This document shows, piece by piece, positions 1 to 12,693 of a stretch of 64,000 bases of DNA. The notes beneath the pieces were generated by a model. That model was not told where the DNA came from and ran no database searches. It was given only the letters and a program-made list of their open reading frames with translations. Where the stretch lies: the NCBI GenBank assembly GCA_010093815.1, contig ML996571.1; one strand, written 5' to 3'. Each line of letters begins with the position of its first letter. The stretch's first letter is position 1. The DNA comes from Pseudovirgaria hyperparasitica. Its lineage: Eukaryota. The position numbers and the translations under genes were made by a program.

Positions 1-280
1 ATAGACTGTAACAGTGGCATCGCATCCATTTCCAGGGGTAACGAGAAGTCTACACTGGGTGTCACCAGGCGTGCCATGGTGAACCTTGGAGTACGAGTTG
101 GAGTGCTTGTTGGAGCATGAGTTGCTTTCGGTTTGGTCGCTAACTTTGTAGAGTCGGAGCAGAGTTGAGGTTGGGAGTCTGCGATCAGATCAAACTTGCA
201 GCGGTATACTTATACTGAGGTCGAGACGATGAGGACCACAAGGGCGACGGCGGTGAATGATAATTGAAATAAGGGGACGT
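1..280 (-). pseudogene. Possible decayed or partial small secreted Cys-containing protein gene running off the window edge
   Basis: Minus strand has TATAAATA at ~372-380 and a hydrophobic signal-like stretch (PLFQLSFTAVALVVLIVSTSV). A different frame reads LPTST...SCSNKH...TQCRLLVTPGNGCDATVTVY. No ATG is present (ACG in a CAAG context) and the frames do not join cleanly. Confidence 0.25.
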
Positions 281-1640
281 CTTGACTTCTGAGATAGACG
301 GAGAACTTGTGAAGATAATCAACTGCTTTGATGTCAGATGCCGGGGAACTTTATACTTTTCCCTGCCGCTGTTATTTATATATCTGGATCTGTGCTTGGT
401 TTAATGTTGAGTTGTATAATAACCAGCACGACATCGCTCTTTGCTCTCGTCTACGATCTGAGGTGGGTACGAACAACGTGAATATTGCGGGATCCATTTT
501 CAGAATCTTTCTCGTTTACCCTGGTCAGGTACGGAGACTTGCAAGAGTCTAAACATGTTGTTACACCATTAGCTTTACCTTAAACTGTAGGTCTTATTAG
601 CATAAACGAACAAGCTCCTAAAACTCTCTTGGAACGCACCGCCAACATAAACGTGGAGATACGACTTGACTGAATTTGAAAGGCATGATCATTTAGATAC
701 CGGGAAGCTTTGGAGGCAAGGGTTACTATGGGTGCTAGCGACAATCCGGATTTTGATAGACCAGGCTACAGATACATGTCGCTTTGGATTTTGCGAAACG
801 AGTCCGCTCTTCATTTAGATTTCCAAACGAAAGAACGGTTTCTAAAGGTGTCTTGTCATTCTAGACTCCATAACAAAGTTTGTCGTATACCCGAACGGTT
901 TGTAGATAGACTGCTTTATGGAGTCGAGTGATGATTGCACCCTGAGATGACAAGGTAATATATGTATATGGCTAAAGAGAAATGGGCAAGCTCAATGGGA
1001 TGTCCAGGTTCGATTCTACTGGCAAATGTACAGACAAGCTTATAATGCTACTTTGAAGAAAGTGAGCAGGTAGATGCGAACCTTCATTGCACGTGGCTGC
1101 GTGATGTCGGGTACTATGTCCCGCAATCATGTCTACCAAAATCAAGCGCAAGCATTGACACGTTAATTTGATTCTAGATCATGTTATATAAGGTTCTGCG
1201 GTAGTTCGTTAAAGATTCCGGGTCGGTGGAGGTGTTGCTTCGATGGATGTGCGTAATATCAACAGAGAACGATGACGAACAGTGATAATTAGTACCTCAG
1301 GTGATACCTCAGGCACGTCACGAGATAGTGGAGATTGTTCGGAGATAGAAGTTTTCAAGGATCCCCAGAATCAACTTTCCGATGCGGATCGTCATTCTGC
1401 ATGCGTCCCCGCAAACACCTATCAGAACGCAGAAGTAATCTACAACCTGGGCAGAACAGAACCACACAATCTCAACCCCTAGGGACCTATGTCAGTCTCT
1501 CGAGTGCCACCTCAACGCTCGTCTGTACCTGTTATCGCCGAGATATGTCATATCTTTAATTGGGGGGCTGATGCGCCTCCGTACCTATCGTTCACACCGG
1601 CTATCCTTCGCCCGCACTGGATAGCTCCATCGGCATTGCA

Positions 1641-4600
1641 ATGAAATTCGCAAAGTTGGTTTTCTCTAACGTGTAGCCACTTATCACTGACCACCTTACA
1701 GAGAGCTCGATCGAGATGCCGTGCCCGAATGGCGCTCGACGTACCTCAATTACAAAGTCAGCAGCCCCAGTGAAGCTCTGCAGGCCTTATGCTGATAGCT
1801 CACAGAAAGGAAAGAAGCTCTTGAAGGCCATAACAAGAGCCCAGCATGCTGCTGGAACAACCAGAAGTGGATCTATCCGTCAGCGTGGAACCTATCGCTC
1901 ATCTTCCACTGGTGCTGCCACTGCGGAGGGCTTTGTAACAGATAATGCTCATGTAAGATATCTGGCGAACATCATTCAGTGTACCTAATCGTGCTAACTG
2001 GACAAGCTTTCTCAGACATCTGGTACATCTCTGCCAGAAGATGCGAATGGCTCCACGCCATCACGACGAAGAGTAGCGCACTCCGAACCTATCAACGTCA
2101 CAGCATCGACCGATCGTACTGATCATCCACCCCGCTCACACACAGACGAGACGTATGACCGCTCGCGAAACATACCATTTACCAATGCAACGTCCGAGAG
2201 GCGTGATCATACTATCAGACGGCCATCAAGGGATAGACTCGGCGAGCCTTTGCATCCAGAAAGAGTTCCGCTGAATCCAGATCGTAATATGCAACGGGGT
2301 TTGCGAAGGTATGGCAGCATCATCGGAAGTCCATCAGACGGTGATCCATTCACCCCTGAACGATACCTCTCGCAGTACGACTGTGGAAAGCCTGAAAGCA
2401 TAGCTTTGCCTGATCCAGCCTTGGACCCTAACCAGGTCTCGCCTCACCTAGACCCTCTGAAACCTACCATTTCACGCAGTGATCGACGCGCATCTTTCTC
2501 CCTGGCTTCATACTCTTCCGGGAGAAACGCATACGAAGTTGGCAAAACTAAGGCTCTTCATCCACAGCATGGTCATCTTCCCAGCAGGTATCGTACGCTC
2601 TTGACGCCAACGCGAACTATCTCGTCTCCTCATACTACTGACAACGACCGGCCTCTTTTTAAGCGTGTATTGTCAATTGGGACCCGTGCAACTTCGCAGA
2701 TGAATGATGGGACCGACGTATCTCTCAGAAACTACCGTGAAATGGAGCTCCGTGAGAGCGAGTTCTTCAGGTTTCTCGACCTTGAAGTTGAGAAAGTCGA
2801 GAAGTTCTACAATGATCGTGAGAGAGACGCTACAGCCCGACTTGATCTCCTCCGAGAACAACTGCATATGATGAGAGAATTGCGAATTCGATGGATCGTG
2901 AACCACCGAAATGCAGAGCGGTCAGAAAACCTGAATGACATGTCCAGCAGCAATCCAGAGCAGTCTGGAACACCCTCGTCCCAAACTACTGGAGTCGCGG
3001 TACGGGTCTCACATGTGTTGCATGTCATGCGACACGGAAGACTAGGAAAGAACAGCAAAGCCTTTCGAGATCTAGCAACACCCCCTGCATTGCAAAGTCA
3101 TCCAGGTGAGCAGAGTGGTGTAGCTAGCGACTATACGCGGACGTCGTCGTACAGAGCAGCCAAGAGACAACTGAAGATTGCTTTCCAAGAGTACTACCGC
3201 TCGCTTGACTTGCTCAGATCATATGCATTACTCAACCAAAAAGCGTTCAAGAAAATATGCAAGAAGTTTGACAAGAATGTCGGCGCTAAAATACAACATC
3301 AGTATATGTCAGACAAGGTGAACGTTCGGTGGTTTGTGCGAAGCGATATACTCGAGCGCCACATACAAGACGTTGAGGATCTTTACTCGAGATATTTCGA
3401 GGCGGGGAATCGGAAAGTCGCAATTTCAAAGCTGCGAATTAAAGCCAATAAGCGACACGACTATTCGCTGAGCGCTGGTTTAAGTGGTGCATATCTCGGT
3501 ATTGGCCTGACAACAGGTATACTGGGCCTTACTGAAGCTCATACATTCTCACTATCGACTGAAGTTGGGGTCGCAGAAAATACCAGCTATTTGCTACAGG
3601 TATGTCCGTTCACAGTTTGTTTTAGACACCGTTTAACAGTAGAGCAGATTTATGGTGGGTACCTGCTCCTAGTACTGTTGTCCATGATGTTTGGCATCGC
3701 CTCCCGATTCTGGACGCGACATAACATCAACTACTCCTTCATTTTCGAATTTGACCTCCGTCACCACTTGGATTACAGGGAGTTCTTTGAGTTACCTTGC
3801 CTGTTCTTCTCGTTCCTAGGGCTCACACTCTATCTCAACTTCAACGCAGCCCTCCCTGAGGACATGTTTATATATTGGCCGGTGGTGTTAGTCGGACTAA
3901 CAGTTGTGCTCTTGGCCCTTCCTATACCACAACTGATGCACCGGTCTCGCATCTGGTTGCTTTATTCCAGCTTCCGCCTCCTGCTCCCATTCTGGTATTC
4001 GGTCGAATTTCGCGATTTCTTTCTCGGTGATATGCTTTGTTCCCTTACGTACGTTATGGGCAACATCGAGTTGTTCTTCTGCCTATATGCCCGCGGATGG
4101 ACTAACAACGCACAATGCAACTCTCGTAATTCGGCACTACTTGGGTTTTTAACAACAGTGCCTGGTATTATACGAGCAATCCAATGTGGTCATCGAGTAT
4201 ATCTTACAAGGAAAGCCTGGCCTCAACTGTACAACCTGGCGAAGTACTTTGCCACGATTGCATTTTACATGTCATTAAGCCTGTATCGGATCAATCAGAA
4301 TACTGCGACGAAATCAATCTTCATTACCTTTGCGACAGTGAACTCTGTTTATTGCAGTAAGTCTTCTGGAGACTATGATTAACAATTATTGAATTGACGC
4401 TTTGTTTTTCAGTTTTCTGGGATATCTTCATAGACTGGAGTTTAGGAAACCCTGCGGCGCATCCTAAGTACCTAAGAAGAACCCGTGGCTTTAAGAGTGG
4501 CTGGCCATACTACTTGGCTAGCATCGTCGATCCAATTTTGCGTTTCAATTGGATATTCTACGCCATATTCGGCGATGAAGTGCAGCATTCAGCTTTGCTC

Positions 4601-5054
4601 TCTTTCTTCGTGGCCTTGTCGGAGGTATTCCGGAGAGGCATGTGGGCGATCTTCAGAGTCGAGAATGAACATACGATGAAGTAAGCCTTTCGATATAGCA
4701 ATGCTCTGTTCTCGCATACTGACATCAGATAGTGTGAAGTTACGACAAGCTCACAAAGATAAGCCCCTTCCTTATAAGGTTTCTGCGTCTGTTGCACCAC
4801 GTATCAGCGAAGAGACCGCCTCAGATGAGGCACGACCAACTTCGCCGGCCCAATTGGAGCAAGCGTCTACTCGCGATAGCCAGCGTTCTGGTCTCCATAC
4901 GGTCGGCACGTTGCTACAGACAGCCCACAGAGCAGACTTCCAACGCAGGAAGAAACCCGAGGACGACGTTGAGGCCGATTCTGACGATGACGATAGCGAA
5001 GATTCTGACGAGGACGTCAAGGATATGGAAAGCACCGAGCATAATCGACTTTGA
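1641..5054 (+). CDS. SYG1: SPX-EXS domain protein (SYG1/XPR1 phosphate exporter family), multi-exon
   Basis: Spliced N-terminus MKFAK|ELDRDAVPEWRSTYLNYK from ATG 1641. SPX motifs FLDLEVEKVEKFY and LNQKAFKKICKKFDK. EXS motifs VEFRDFFLGD, WDIFIDWSL and RRGMWAIFRVENEH. Introns at about 1655-1701, 1757-1806, 3600-3647, 4357-4412 and 4681-4731. Confidence 0.93.
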
Positions 5055-5689
5055 GAGAGCAGTGATACCCGGGATCTAGCTACCTCTAATCTTTCGCATA
5101 GTAATGAAGTAAACCATCCTGAGACCGCGTTCGGCGCTACGTTGATCGATTGCTCAGATATGGCAAGTGTCATAAACCAACTTAAGTTCAAGTATGTGCC
5201 TGATCCGGTAGGCAAAGCTTGTCAGTTCATTGTCGATAGTGAAGATACATACCAGTGGTAACGCCTCTATCCATTTATAGGCCCGTTCATAGTACCATTC
5301 TTGTCCCCGGCATTCACACGGTTTCTCCCTTCCACTCCAACACCCTCTCCTATTCATACAAATTTGTTGTTTTACCATAAAACTCCCTTTCCAGTGCCGC
5401 ATCTTGGTTCGTCGAGCTGCGATGATTCATACATGAGTTTTCTGTGCTCCAAATCAATGGTTACAATGCCCTTGTAAGTCAAGTCGGGGAAAATATGAGG
5501 TGATCAGTGTTGGTGCCTTTTAGAGACATAGTATGCTTCCTTCGACATGGGTTATGTCATCGAGGCAAGTAATCTCGAAATGAGATAGGAAAATATCCCA
5601 GAGCAAAGAGTGTTATGGAAGACTTGCTAGGCAGAATTCTCGAACCCGTACGAAAACCTCTACCTCAACCGCGAGCAAGACATGCTCTT

Positions 5690-7619
5690 TCACTGCGGCA
5701 TTGCAGATCCATCACCCCTTGGGTCACTGCCTGCACTCCAAACAAGCTGACCATCATCCTCGTGCCTCCTGATCAATTGCCCCCTCCCAAACAAACCCCG
5801 CGCATACCCCTTCACAACCTCAACCTTATGTCCCATCGCCCTCAGCTCCTGCACGACCTCATCCTTGATACCGTCTTCCAGATAGACCGTGCGATCCGCA
5901 ACATCTCCGGCCTCCGGCATCCCTGCCCCAATACAAAATCGCGGCGCGTCGAGCGCAGCCTGCGGATGCAGCCCAAATACGGTCATATTGAGCAATACCT
6001 GCACATGCCCCTGGGGCTGCATAAACCCGCCCATAACGCCATACACGCTATGCAGCGTATCGTCTTCCGCATTCGTGATCAACGCTGGGATAATCGTGTG
6101 ATACGGCCTCTTGTTCGGTGCGTACACATTTGGATGGTCGGCTGGCTGCAGCGCGAAATTTCCGGCGCGGTTCTGCAGGGTGAAGCCGCAGCCCGCGGGA
6201 ATGATGCCAGTACCGAATCCGGAGTAATTGCTGTTGATAAATGAGATGCCGTTACCGGCGGCGTCGGCTACGGAGAAGTAGACTGTGTCGGAGTGGTTGT
6301 GGGCAGGCGAGCCATGAGATATGAGTGCGGAGGCGGTGGTCGGGGAGAACAGTGATGCGCGCGAAGATAGGTATGATGGAGAGATGAGTTCGGCGGTGGG
6401 TACATTGACGACGTTGGGGTCGGTGACCCACCACCTAGCGTCGGCGAAGGCTATACGGAGGACTTCTATGAGGGTGTGGAGGTGTCTGCTTTGAATCAGT
6501 GGTGCTTTACGACGATTCAATGTAAGATCTGGGCCTACTTCGCGCTATTGTGGTCCTTTTCGGACCACTTCGTCACTTTGCCACATTTCTCGAGTTCTTG
6601 AAGCATACCGAGAGCCATCAGGGCGACGATGCCTTGGCCGTTAGGTGGGTGCTCCCAGACTCTGACAGGATCGATACCATGCCCTGAGTACACTAGTGAA
6701 ATGGCATCGACGTCTTCGCTTCCTGCTGTGGCATGGTCCTTCAAATCGTCCAAGGTCAAATGACCTCCGAGATCAGTAACGACTTTAACTAAGGCTTCAG
6801 CCACTTGGCCCTCATAGAACCCTTTTTTGCCATGCTTGGCAAGGAGGCGGTAAGTATTAGCCATGTTCGGGTTCTTCATGATCTCGCCTGCTTGTGGCGC
6901 ACGGCATCCATCTTTGGCGGATGGGTCTTTCTTCAACATTTCAGCGAAGTTGGGCGAGGCATTGCGAATTTTGTCCTCGCTGGCTAGCCACTGTAGAATC
7001 TTAGCAGGTTAGGGGCGACATTATGTTACACGCTCACGAAGGTTGATGACAGCTCCGAGACTGGGAAGCCTTTCTCGCCCATCTCAATCGCTGGCATGAG
7101 GATTTGTTCCAATGTAAGCTTCCCACTGCCGAATCGTTCCACGGTGTCAACCCAGCCAGCTGCTGCACCAGGAACAGTGACAGCATGAACGCTCTCGACA
7201 GGTATGCTGCCCGCCTTTCCGTCCGCAATACCAAGGTCATGCCGAACCTGTTCTAGTGATGTCTTGGAGCCTGAACGACCAGAACCATTCATAGCAGATA
7301 TCTTCTTCGTCTTGGCATTGTAGTAGAGACAGAAACAATCGCCACCAATGCCAGTAGAGCCGGGCTCGGTCATGTTCAAACCAGCAGCAACGGCCACAGC
7401 AGCGTCCTGTAATGTCGTCAATTATTGAAAGGAGGAGTGAGGAGTTGACATTACCGCAGCATTCCCGCCTTGTCTCAGAATCTCAAGCCCTGCCTGTGTA
7501 GCCAACGGCTGTGTGCTCGACACAATGCCTTTACTGCTATGTACGGTACTTCGTCGACTTGGAAACGTGATGAACTGCGGGTCCGATGCCGGATAGATAT
7601 GCTTAGCACTGAGAGGCAT
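5690..7619 (-). CDS. Gamma-glutamyltranspeptidase family protein (Ntn hydrolase), multi-exon
   Basis: Motifs GGNAA|DAAVA, EPGSTGIGGDCF, VTVPGAAAGW, PPNGQG, autocleavage SD-TVYF, LQNRAGNF, KRPYHTIIP, GVMGGFMQPQGH and SDPRGDG, spread over four ORF segments. Confidence 0.93.
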
Positions 7620-8085
7620 TGTAGCAGATTGTAAAAGTGCTTCTGGACGAATGGATTAATATCGAAAGTATTTTGTATAGATTCTACTCTGAAGTACAGC
7701 GAACATGACATTCATTAGATCATCGCGTCGTGGCTGAGCTTGCACTGCCGTTTGCCGACTGGTGGGGCACCTGTGGTATAGAGATGGCCCAATGGGCTGC
7801 AAGTTCAGATCGGAGTACTGTTGTACCGTTTCGCACCAGGAATGAATCCACGATATAGTGGAGCTATCACTCCTGGAGCTCATTCATATTGGAGGATAGA
7901 ACGGAAGAGTTCGGAGTATTAAACTATCATTAGGTCCATCGGTAGTTCATACTACTATAAGGTATGTCAGAAGAGAACAACCTGCGACAATAACTAAGCA
8001 TAAATTATTCGGAGCGCGCAAAACCTCGGAGCGGAGCAGAAGTCTGACTGCACGCGAAGATGCTACTGTTGACACTGCAACCTCA

Positions 8086-9441
8086 ATGTCCCACCGTACT
8101 ACATCCTGGATCTACACGAGATGTCTTTGCCGGGCCCTCAGATGGCATATACTGCGTTTCAATTTTCGTCAACAACATTATAGCATCGCCCGCACAGTAG
8201 ACCAGAAAGATGGCATCTCTCCCGTGCTCATATCGCGAGCACGCGAATTGGCGAAGGAACATTCGCGACTCGAAAGCGAGCTGTCTGACTCATTCGATTC
8301 GAGTACAGCTAAGAAGGCCGGTGAGTTGGGGCCAGTGGCCAGCGCATTGAACGAATGGGATAAAGCAAGAGATGTATGTACCACCCACAGTGATAAATGC
8401 ATCTTTGCTTACGAAACACAGTCAATAAATGAATTGCAAACCCTTATGAAAGACTCGACAACTGACGCTGAGCTCCGCGAGCTTGCAGCTGACGACATGG
8501 AGTCTGCAGTGCAGGACTTAAAACGAGCGTCGGCATCCCTCACACTCAGTCTCGTTCCAAAGCACCCCTTCGAACAATTACCATGCCTACTAGAAATACG
8601 ACCAGGGAATGGAGGTGATGAAGCGGCATTATTTGCGATGGATATGCTGCGCATGTACCAGGCATATTGCTCCGCTAATGGTCTGCGGACAACGCTCGTA
8701 AAGTTCGACACTGCAGAGGGCTCAGCTGATCCCAATGGATCAGCTTCGCCACTACAAGTGGCTATATTAGAAGTAACGGATGAAGGTGCCTATGGGCGGT
8801 TTCGCAGCGAAGCAGGCGTACACCGTGTACAGCGAGTTCCCGCGACCGAGACGAAAGGCCGGACACACACCAGCTCTGCAGCAGTTCTTGTTCTTCCATC
8901 ATTCCCTGATGCTACAAACGGTGGTAGTGCAAGCGATTTCGAAGATCCTACCAGCGATTACTACGTAGATCCAAGAGAGGTCCGTGTCGACATCATGCGG
9001 GCGCGAGGAGCTGGTGGACAGCACGTTAACACCACAGAGTCGGCTGTTCGTCTGGTGCACATACCGACCGGTATCACAGTTTCAATGCAAGACTATCGAT
9101 CCCAGCCGAAGAATAAGGAAGCTGCATGGAAGTTGATCAGGTCGAGAGTCGCACAAGGTAGGAGAGAGATTCGTGAGGCTGAGATCATGCAGACACGACG
9201 AGACATTGTCGGTGTGCGTAAGATGGGCCGCGAGAATAAGATTCGAACGTACAACTACGGACAACAGCGCGTGACAGATCATCGTAGCGGGCTTACCCTG
9301 CATGATCTTGACGATGTGATTGCGGGTGGGCAGGCACTCGAGAAGGTTATGGAGAGCGTCCGACAGTGGCTCGTAGATGGTGAAATACAGGCTCTAGCGG
9401 CGGAAAACCCCCCGAATGCGAAGGGCCAAAGCCATATATAG
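8086..9441 (+). CDS. MRF1: Mitochondrial peptide chain release factor 1
   Basis: GAGGQHVNTTESAVR (GGQ motif), GVHRVQRVPATE (PxT), IRTYNY..RVTDHR, and an Arg-rich N-terminal targeting peptide. Probable 48-nt intron at 8374-8421. Confidence 0.93.
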   Translation: MSHRTTSWIYTRCLCRALRWHILRFNFRQQHYSIARTVDQKDGISPVLISRARELAKEHSRLESELSDSFDSSTAKKAGELGPVASALNEWDKARDVCTTHSDKCIFAYETQSINELQTLMKDSTTDAELRELAADDMESAVQDLKRASASLTLSLVPKHPFEQLPCLLEIRPGNGGDEAALFAMDMLRMYQAYCSANGLRTTLVKFDTAEGSADPNGSASPLQVAILEVTDEGAYGRFRSEAGVHRVQRVPATETKGRTHTSSAAVLVLPSFPDATNGGSASDFEDPTSDYYVDPREVRVDIMRARGAGGQHVNTTESAVRLVHIPTGITVSMQDYRSQPKNKEAAWKLIRSRVAQGRREIREAEIMQTRRDIVGVRKMGRENKIRTYNYGQQRVTDHRSGLTLHDLDDVIAGGQALEKVMESVRQWLVDGEIQALAAENPPNAKGQSHI

Positions 9442-9985
9442 ACATGTATGTATAAATATGTATATCACGCTGAAGGTTCTGAAGAGCTGAAGGGCCAATG
9501 AAGCGGACGTGCACTTATGACATGGATGGATCTATAGGCGAACATTTCGGCACGGCCCGAATCCACGTCCTCACATCTACCTCACTGAACAAACATTTAC
9601 TTGACGACACCTTAACAACCTTAGATTTAGTCGGAGATTTTCATTTTTGAATAATTCGAATCTCACTCTACCACCGCTAGATCTTCGCCGGCCGAGGCTA
9701 AGCCCGGAACGGCCGAGGCTCCTATTGGTTCTTGGCTCCCGCATGCGCATTCTCCGACTTCCATCTTCGGTGCACCTTTTCTCTAGTAATACTAGGCCCA
9801 CATTGCGACCTCTTGTTTTTTGATTCACGCACAACATTTCAGGATTGTTATACGTCCTCTCTTCCTTCCTGTTCAGTCCCTAGTCGCACTACAAAAGTAT
9901 GCTTTCGCGAGAGCGCGCGCGCCCACCATCACTGCGCAATCCCTCGGTACAGCAGATTCATTAGTGCACGACGCTCGCCTGCGTC

Positions 9986-11596
9986 ATGATTGCCTTCTCT
10001 TTTCGCCGCTGGTTCATTGCTATGATCGCACTCACTGTAGTCTCTACTTTTTATTTTTTCGGATTCCAGAAAGTCTCTCTCGAAGATGTCCAGCGCCAAA
10101 TGCGCCACCCCAAGTATTCCACCGACCGCGAGACCGAATCCGCGCGTATGGACTACGCGTGGTATGATTATATGAAGAACCCACCATTGGGTCAGGTCAA
10201 TGCTGAACTGCCTGAGGGTGCCACACGAGGCACTCCTATGCCAACGCCGAACGCAGAACTGGAGTATAAAACGATTCTAGAGCAGGAGGAAGAGGAGGAG
10301 AAACAAGAGGAGCAGAATAAACTAAAGGTCTACCCAGCATGCCCGTGCCTGAGACTTGTCAACTGACAAATACCATAGATTCCGCCCGCGCAACCATTTC
10401 CCATCCCAGCTTTCAGCCCCGGTAATCCCACGCTACCATCCTCAGAATACTCTCGCATGCTTGTCCTGATGGCAAATAAGGACGAGATCAGCAATCTTGA
10501 ATGGATCCGAGAAGCTCTCACCGGCGAATCTCTTCTTGGCAGCATAACCTACATTCTCGATGACGACAAGTCCGCACACCCAGCCTCATACGGTAAATCG
10601 TCCGTCTACCTCGACTACATCATCAACCACTATAATTCTCTTCGCGAGATTACCCTCTTCATGCATGCCGAACAAGGGGCATGGCAACTCGACCGCCTCC
10701 TGAACAACTCTGCTCAATCCGTTATCTCCCTCCTGGACCACCACAAGGTCATTGAAGACGGCTTTGTACCTCTACGCTGTACGCTCTCCCCTGGCTGCCC
10801 CACAGAAGGAGACATCTTTCCCAACAAATCTGATCAATACGAGGACCATCCGCAAGATATTGTCATGAACTCTGTGTGGAAAGACTTCTTCGGCGCACAA
10901 CAGCCCCCAAAGCGCCTCGCCGAACCCGCATACGGTCAATATGCCCTCTCGCGCGAACGTATCCAAGCCATTCCGAAGAGCCAATATGAGTATCTCCTCA
11001 AGCGACTCGCTGCCAGCGCTTTTAGTGAAGAAGAACTGGACAACTTTTGGAGTCACGCGTGGCATTATCTATGGAGTGGTGAGGAAACGCGCTGTGCTGC
11101 TGAAGATGTGTGCTTCTGTGAGACCTATAGCATATGCTTCAAAGACACGACTGAGTACGAAATGCATGCGCGCGAGCTAACAGACTTACTAAGCAAAGAA
11201 ACATCTGTCCCCGCACTTGCTGGCAAGGAAGATATGTTGAATGAAATCAATGAGCTGAAGCAGAAATTGGACGTGCGCTTCGCTGAGGCACAAGCGCGTG
11301 GTGAGAAGAAAAAAGAGAATAGCATGAGTAGTAAAATCAGTGCAGAGTTGGAGATATTAGATAGTAAGTTCGATAAGACTGTAGATACAACAACAGATGG
11401 TGTTAAGGGGTTATGGGACGCGGTTAAAGAGTTTGCAGGCACGGAAGACGGAAAGAAGCTATTGGAAACAGGTAGCGATGAGGGGCATGTTGTTCTGGAG
11501 GAGAAGAAGCCTAAGCCCAAACAAGGCTACAGTCCTGGTGCGGAGAGAAGGAGAAGATCAAGGGCTTTCAATGGGGCGGTTGGTGATCTGATATAA
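9986..11596 (+). CDS. DUF3431-like type II membrane protein (divergent), with a charged C-terminal extension
   Basis: N-terminal transmembrane anchor and an intron at ~10328-10378. YLDYIINHYNSL...FMHA, LRC...PGCP, ALSRERI and WHYL...C..EDVCFCETY match the DUF3431 pattern as recalled. Confidence 0.72.
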
Positions 11597-11859
11597 TGTG
11601 AACGATCGGCAATGAGTTGAGCTTCGGTCTCCTCGGGTTACAGCTTGGGAAATAGCTTGCAGTACGGCTTGGAGCACAGTTAGTGCACTTTAGAAGGTAG
11701 TTGTACGTGTCAAAGCGTGAGTGTGATATTCTTTTTTGTACAGTTTGATCGATGGAGTTGTTAGGAGTTCGTAGTTCGTGAATCGCATAGCCCTGTTTAC
11801 GTTCTGCGTAGATATCATGTAATGCGAAACTTAGGCTTTTAGATGTAATTGGTGTACTA

Positions 11860-12125
11860 TAAACTACGCTGGAGAGGGTTATATAAGTATGAAAATAGAA
11901 AGTCTACTACTTAGTAGCTGTCTGACAGGTAGTCTCGATATACTTCTTAGCTATCTACCACTAAGACTACATCCGGATTATAATAGACTAGTATACTACT
12001 AGTTCTTAGTATTATATAATATGTAGTGTATATATCTATAAGAGAAATACTGCATTTACTAGCTCTACTAATATTAGGCTCGAGTACTTACTATAGTTAA
12101 AGTACATTAGTATAGGGATTTCCTA
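11860..12125. other. AT-rich, TpA-enriched tract resembling RIP-mutated repeat DNA
   Basis: Dense TA/TAG/CTA (e.g. TATAATAGACTAGTATACTACTAGTTCTTAGTATTATATAAT), few CpA/TpG dinucleotides and no ORFs. It lies at the left edge of the PKS block. Confidence 0.6.
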
Positions 12126-12693
12126 GGTCGTTAATTGCCTTGAACTGAATTATGGTCATTCAGCTCCAGGTCTAATTATGATGGATCTAAGCCTTTGTTA
12201 TCATTTGATACTTCAAGTCTAATATCCAAGCTAGATTTTAATGACAAATACACCTTTAGAAAGATCTACGGACTCGTGCGCATGAATTTTGATGAGGATG
12301 CTGTTTACTACTTGTATTATGTGCGAAGCTCTACCTCTGAGCCTGCAAAGGTTAATTTATTAAGCGCGTGCGAGACTGTGATCAATACGAGCAAGCATTT
12401 CAATTAGAGACTGATCGAATGACGTATCAGCTGATCGACACCACCTGGCCACGAAGTACTATCGTAGGCTAACGGGTGGTCGAGGGTGCGTCCGTAATGT
12501 GGAGAATTAATGTGGAGTGATACGATCTAGCACAGCCCTATCAAAAGAGCATTTCAGACCACTAGCGGCGGTTAAGTATGTTGAACATATGGCCTGATAT
12601 CTCAGCTTGCTCTATATCCGTAGACATCTTTGAAAGATACCTTTGTAATTTGCATACATGATCCAGAATTTATAGTTACATTGCAAACACAAT

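Noticed and set aside
984..1022. tRNA-like AGCTCAATGG...GGTTCGATTC boxes
   Set aside because: Only ~8 nt separate the boxes, there is no anticodon arm and the T-stem does not pair.
5615..6244. 209-aa plus-strand ORF
   Set aside because: Antisense shadow of the GC-rich GGT exon; no motifs.
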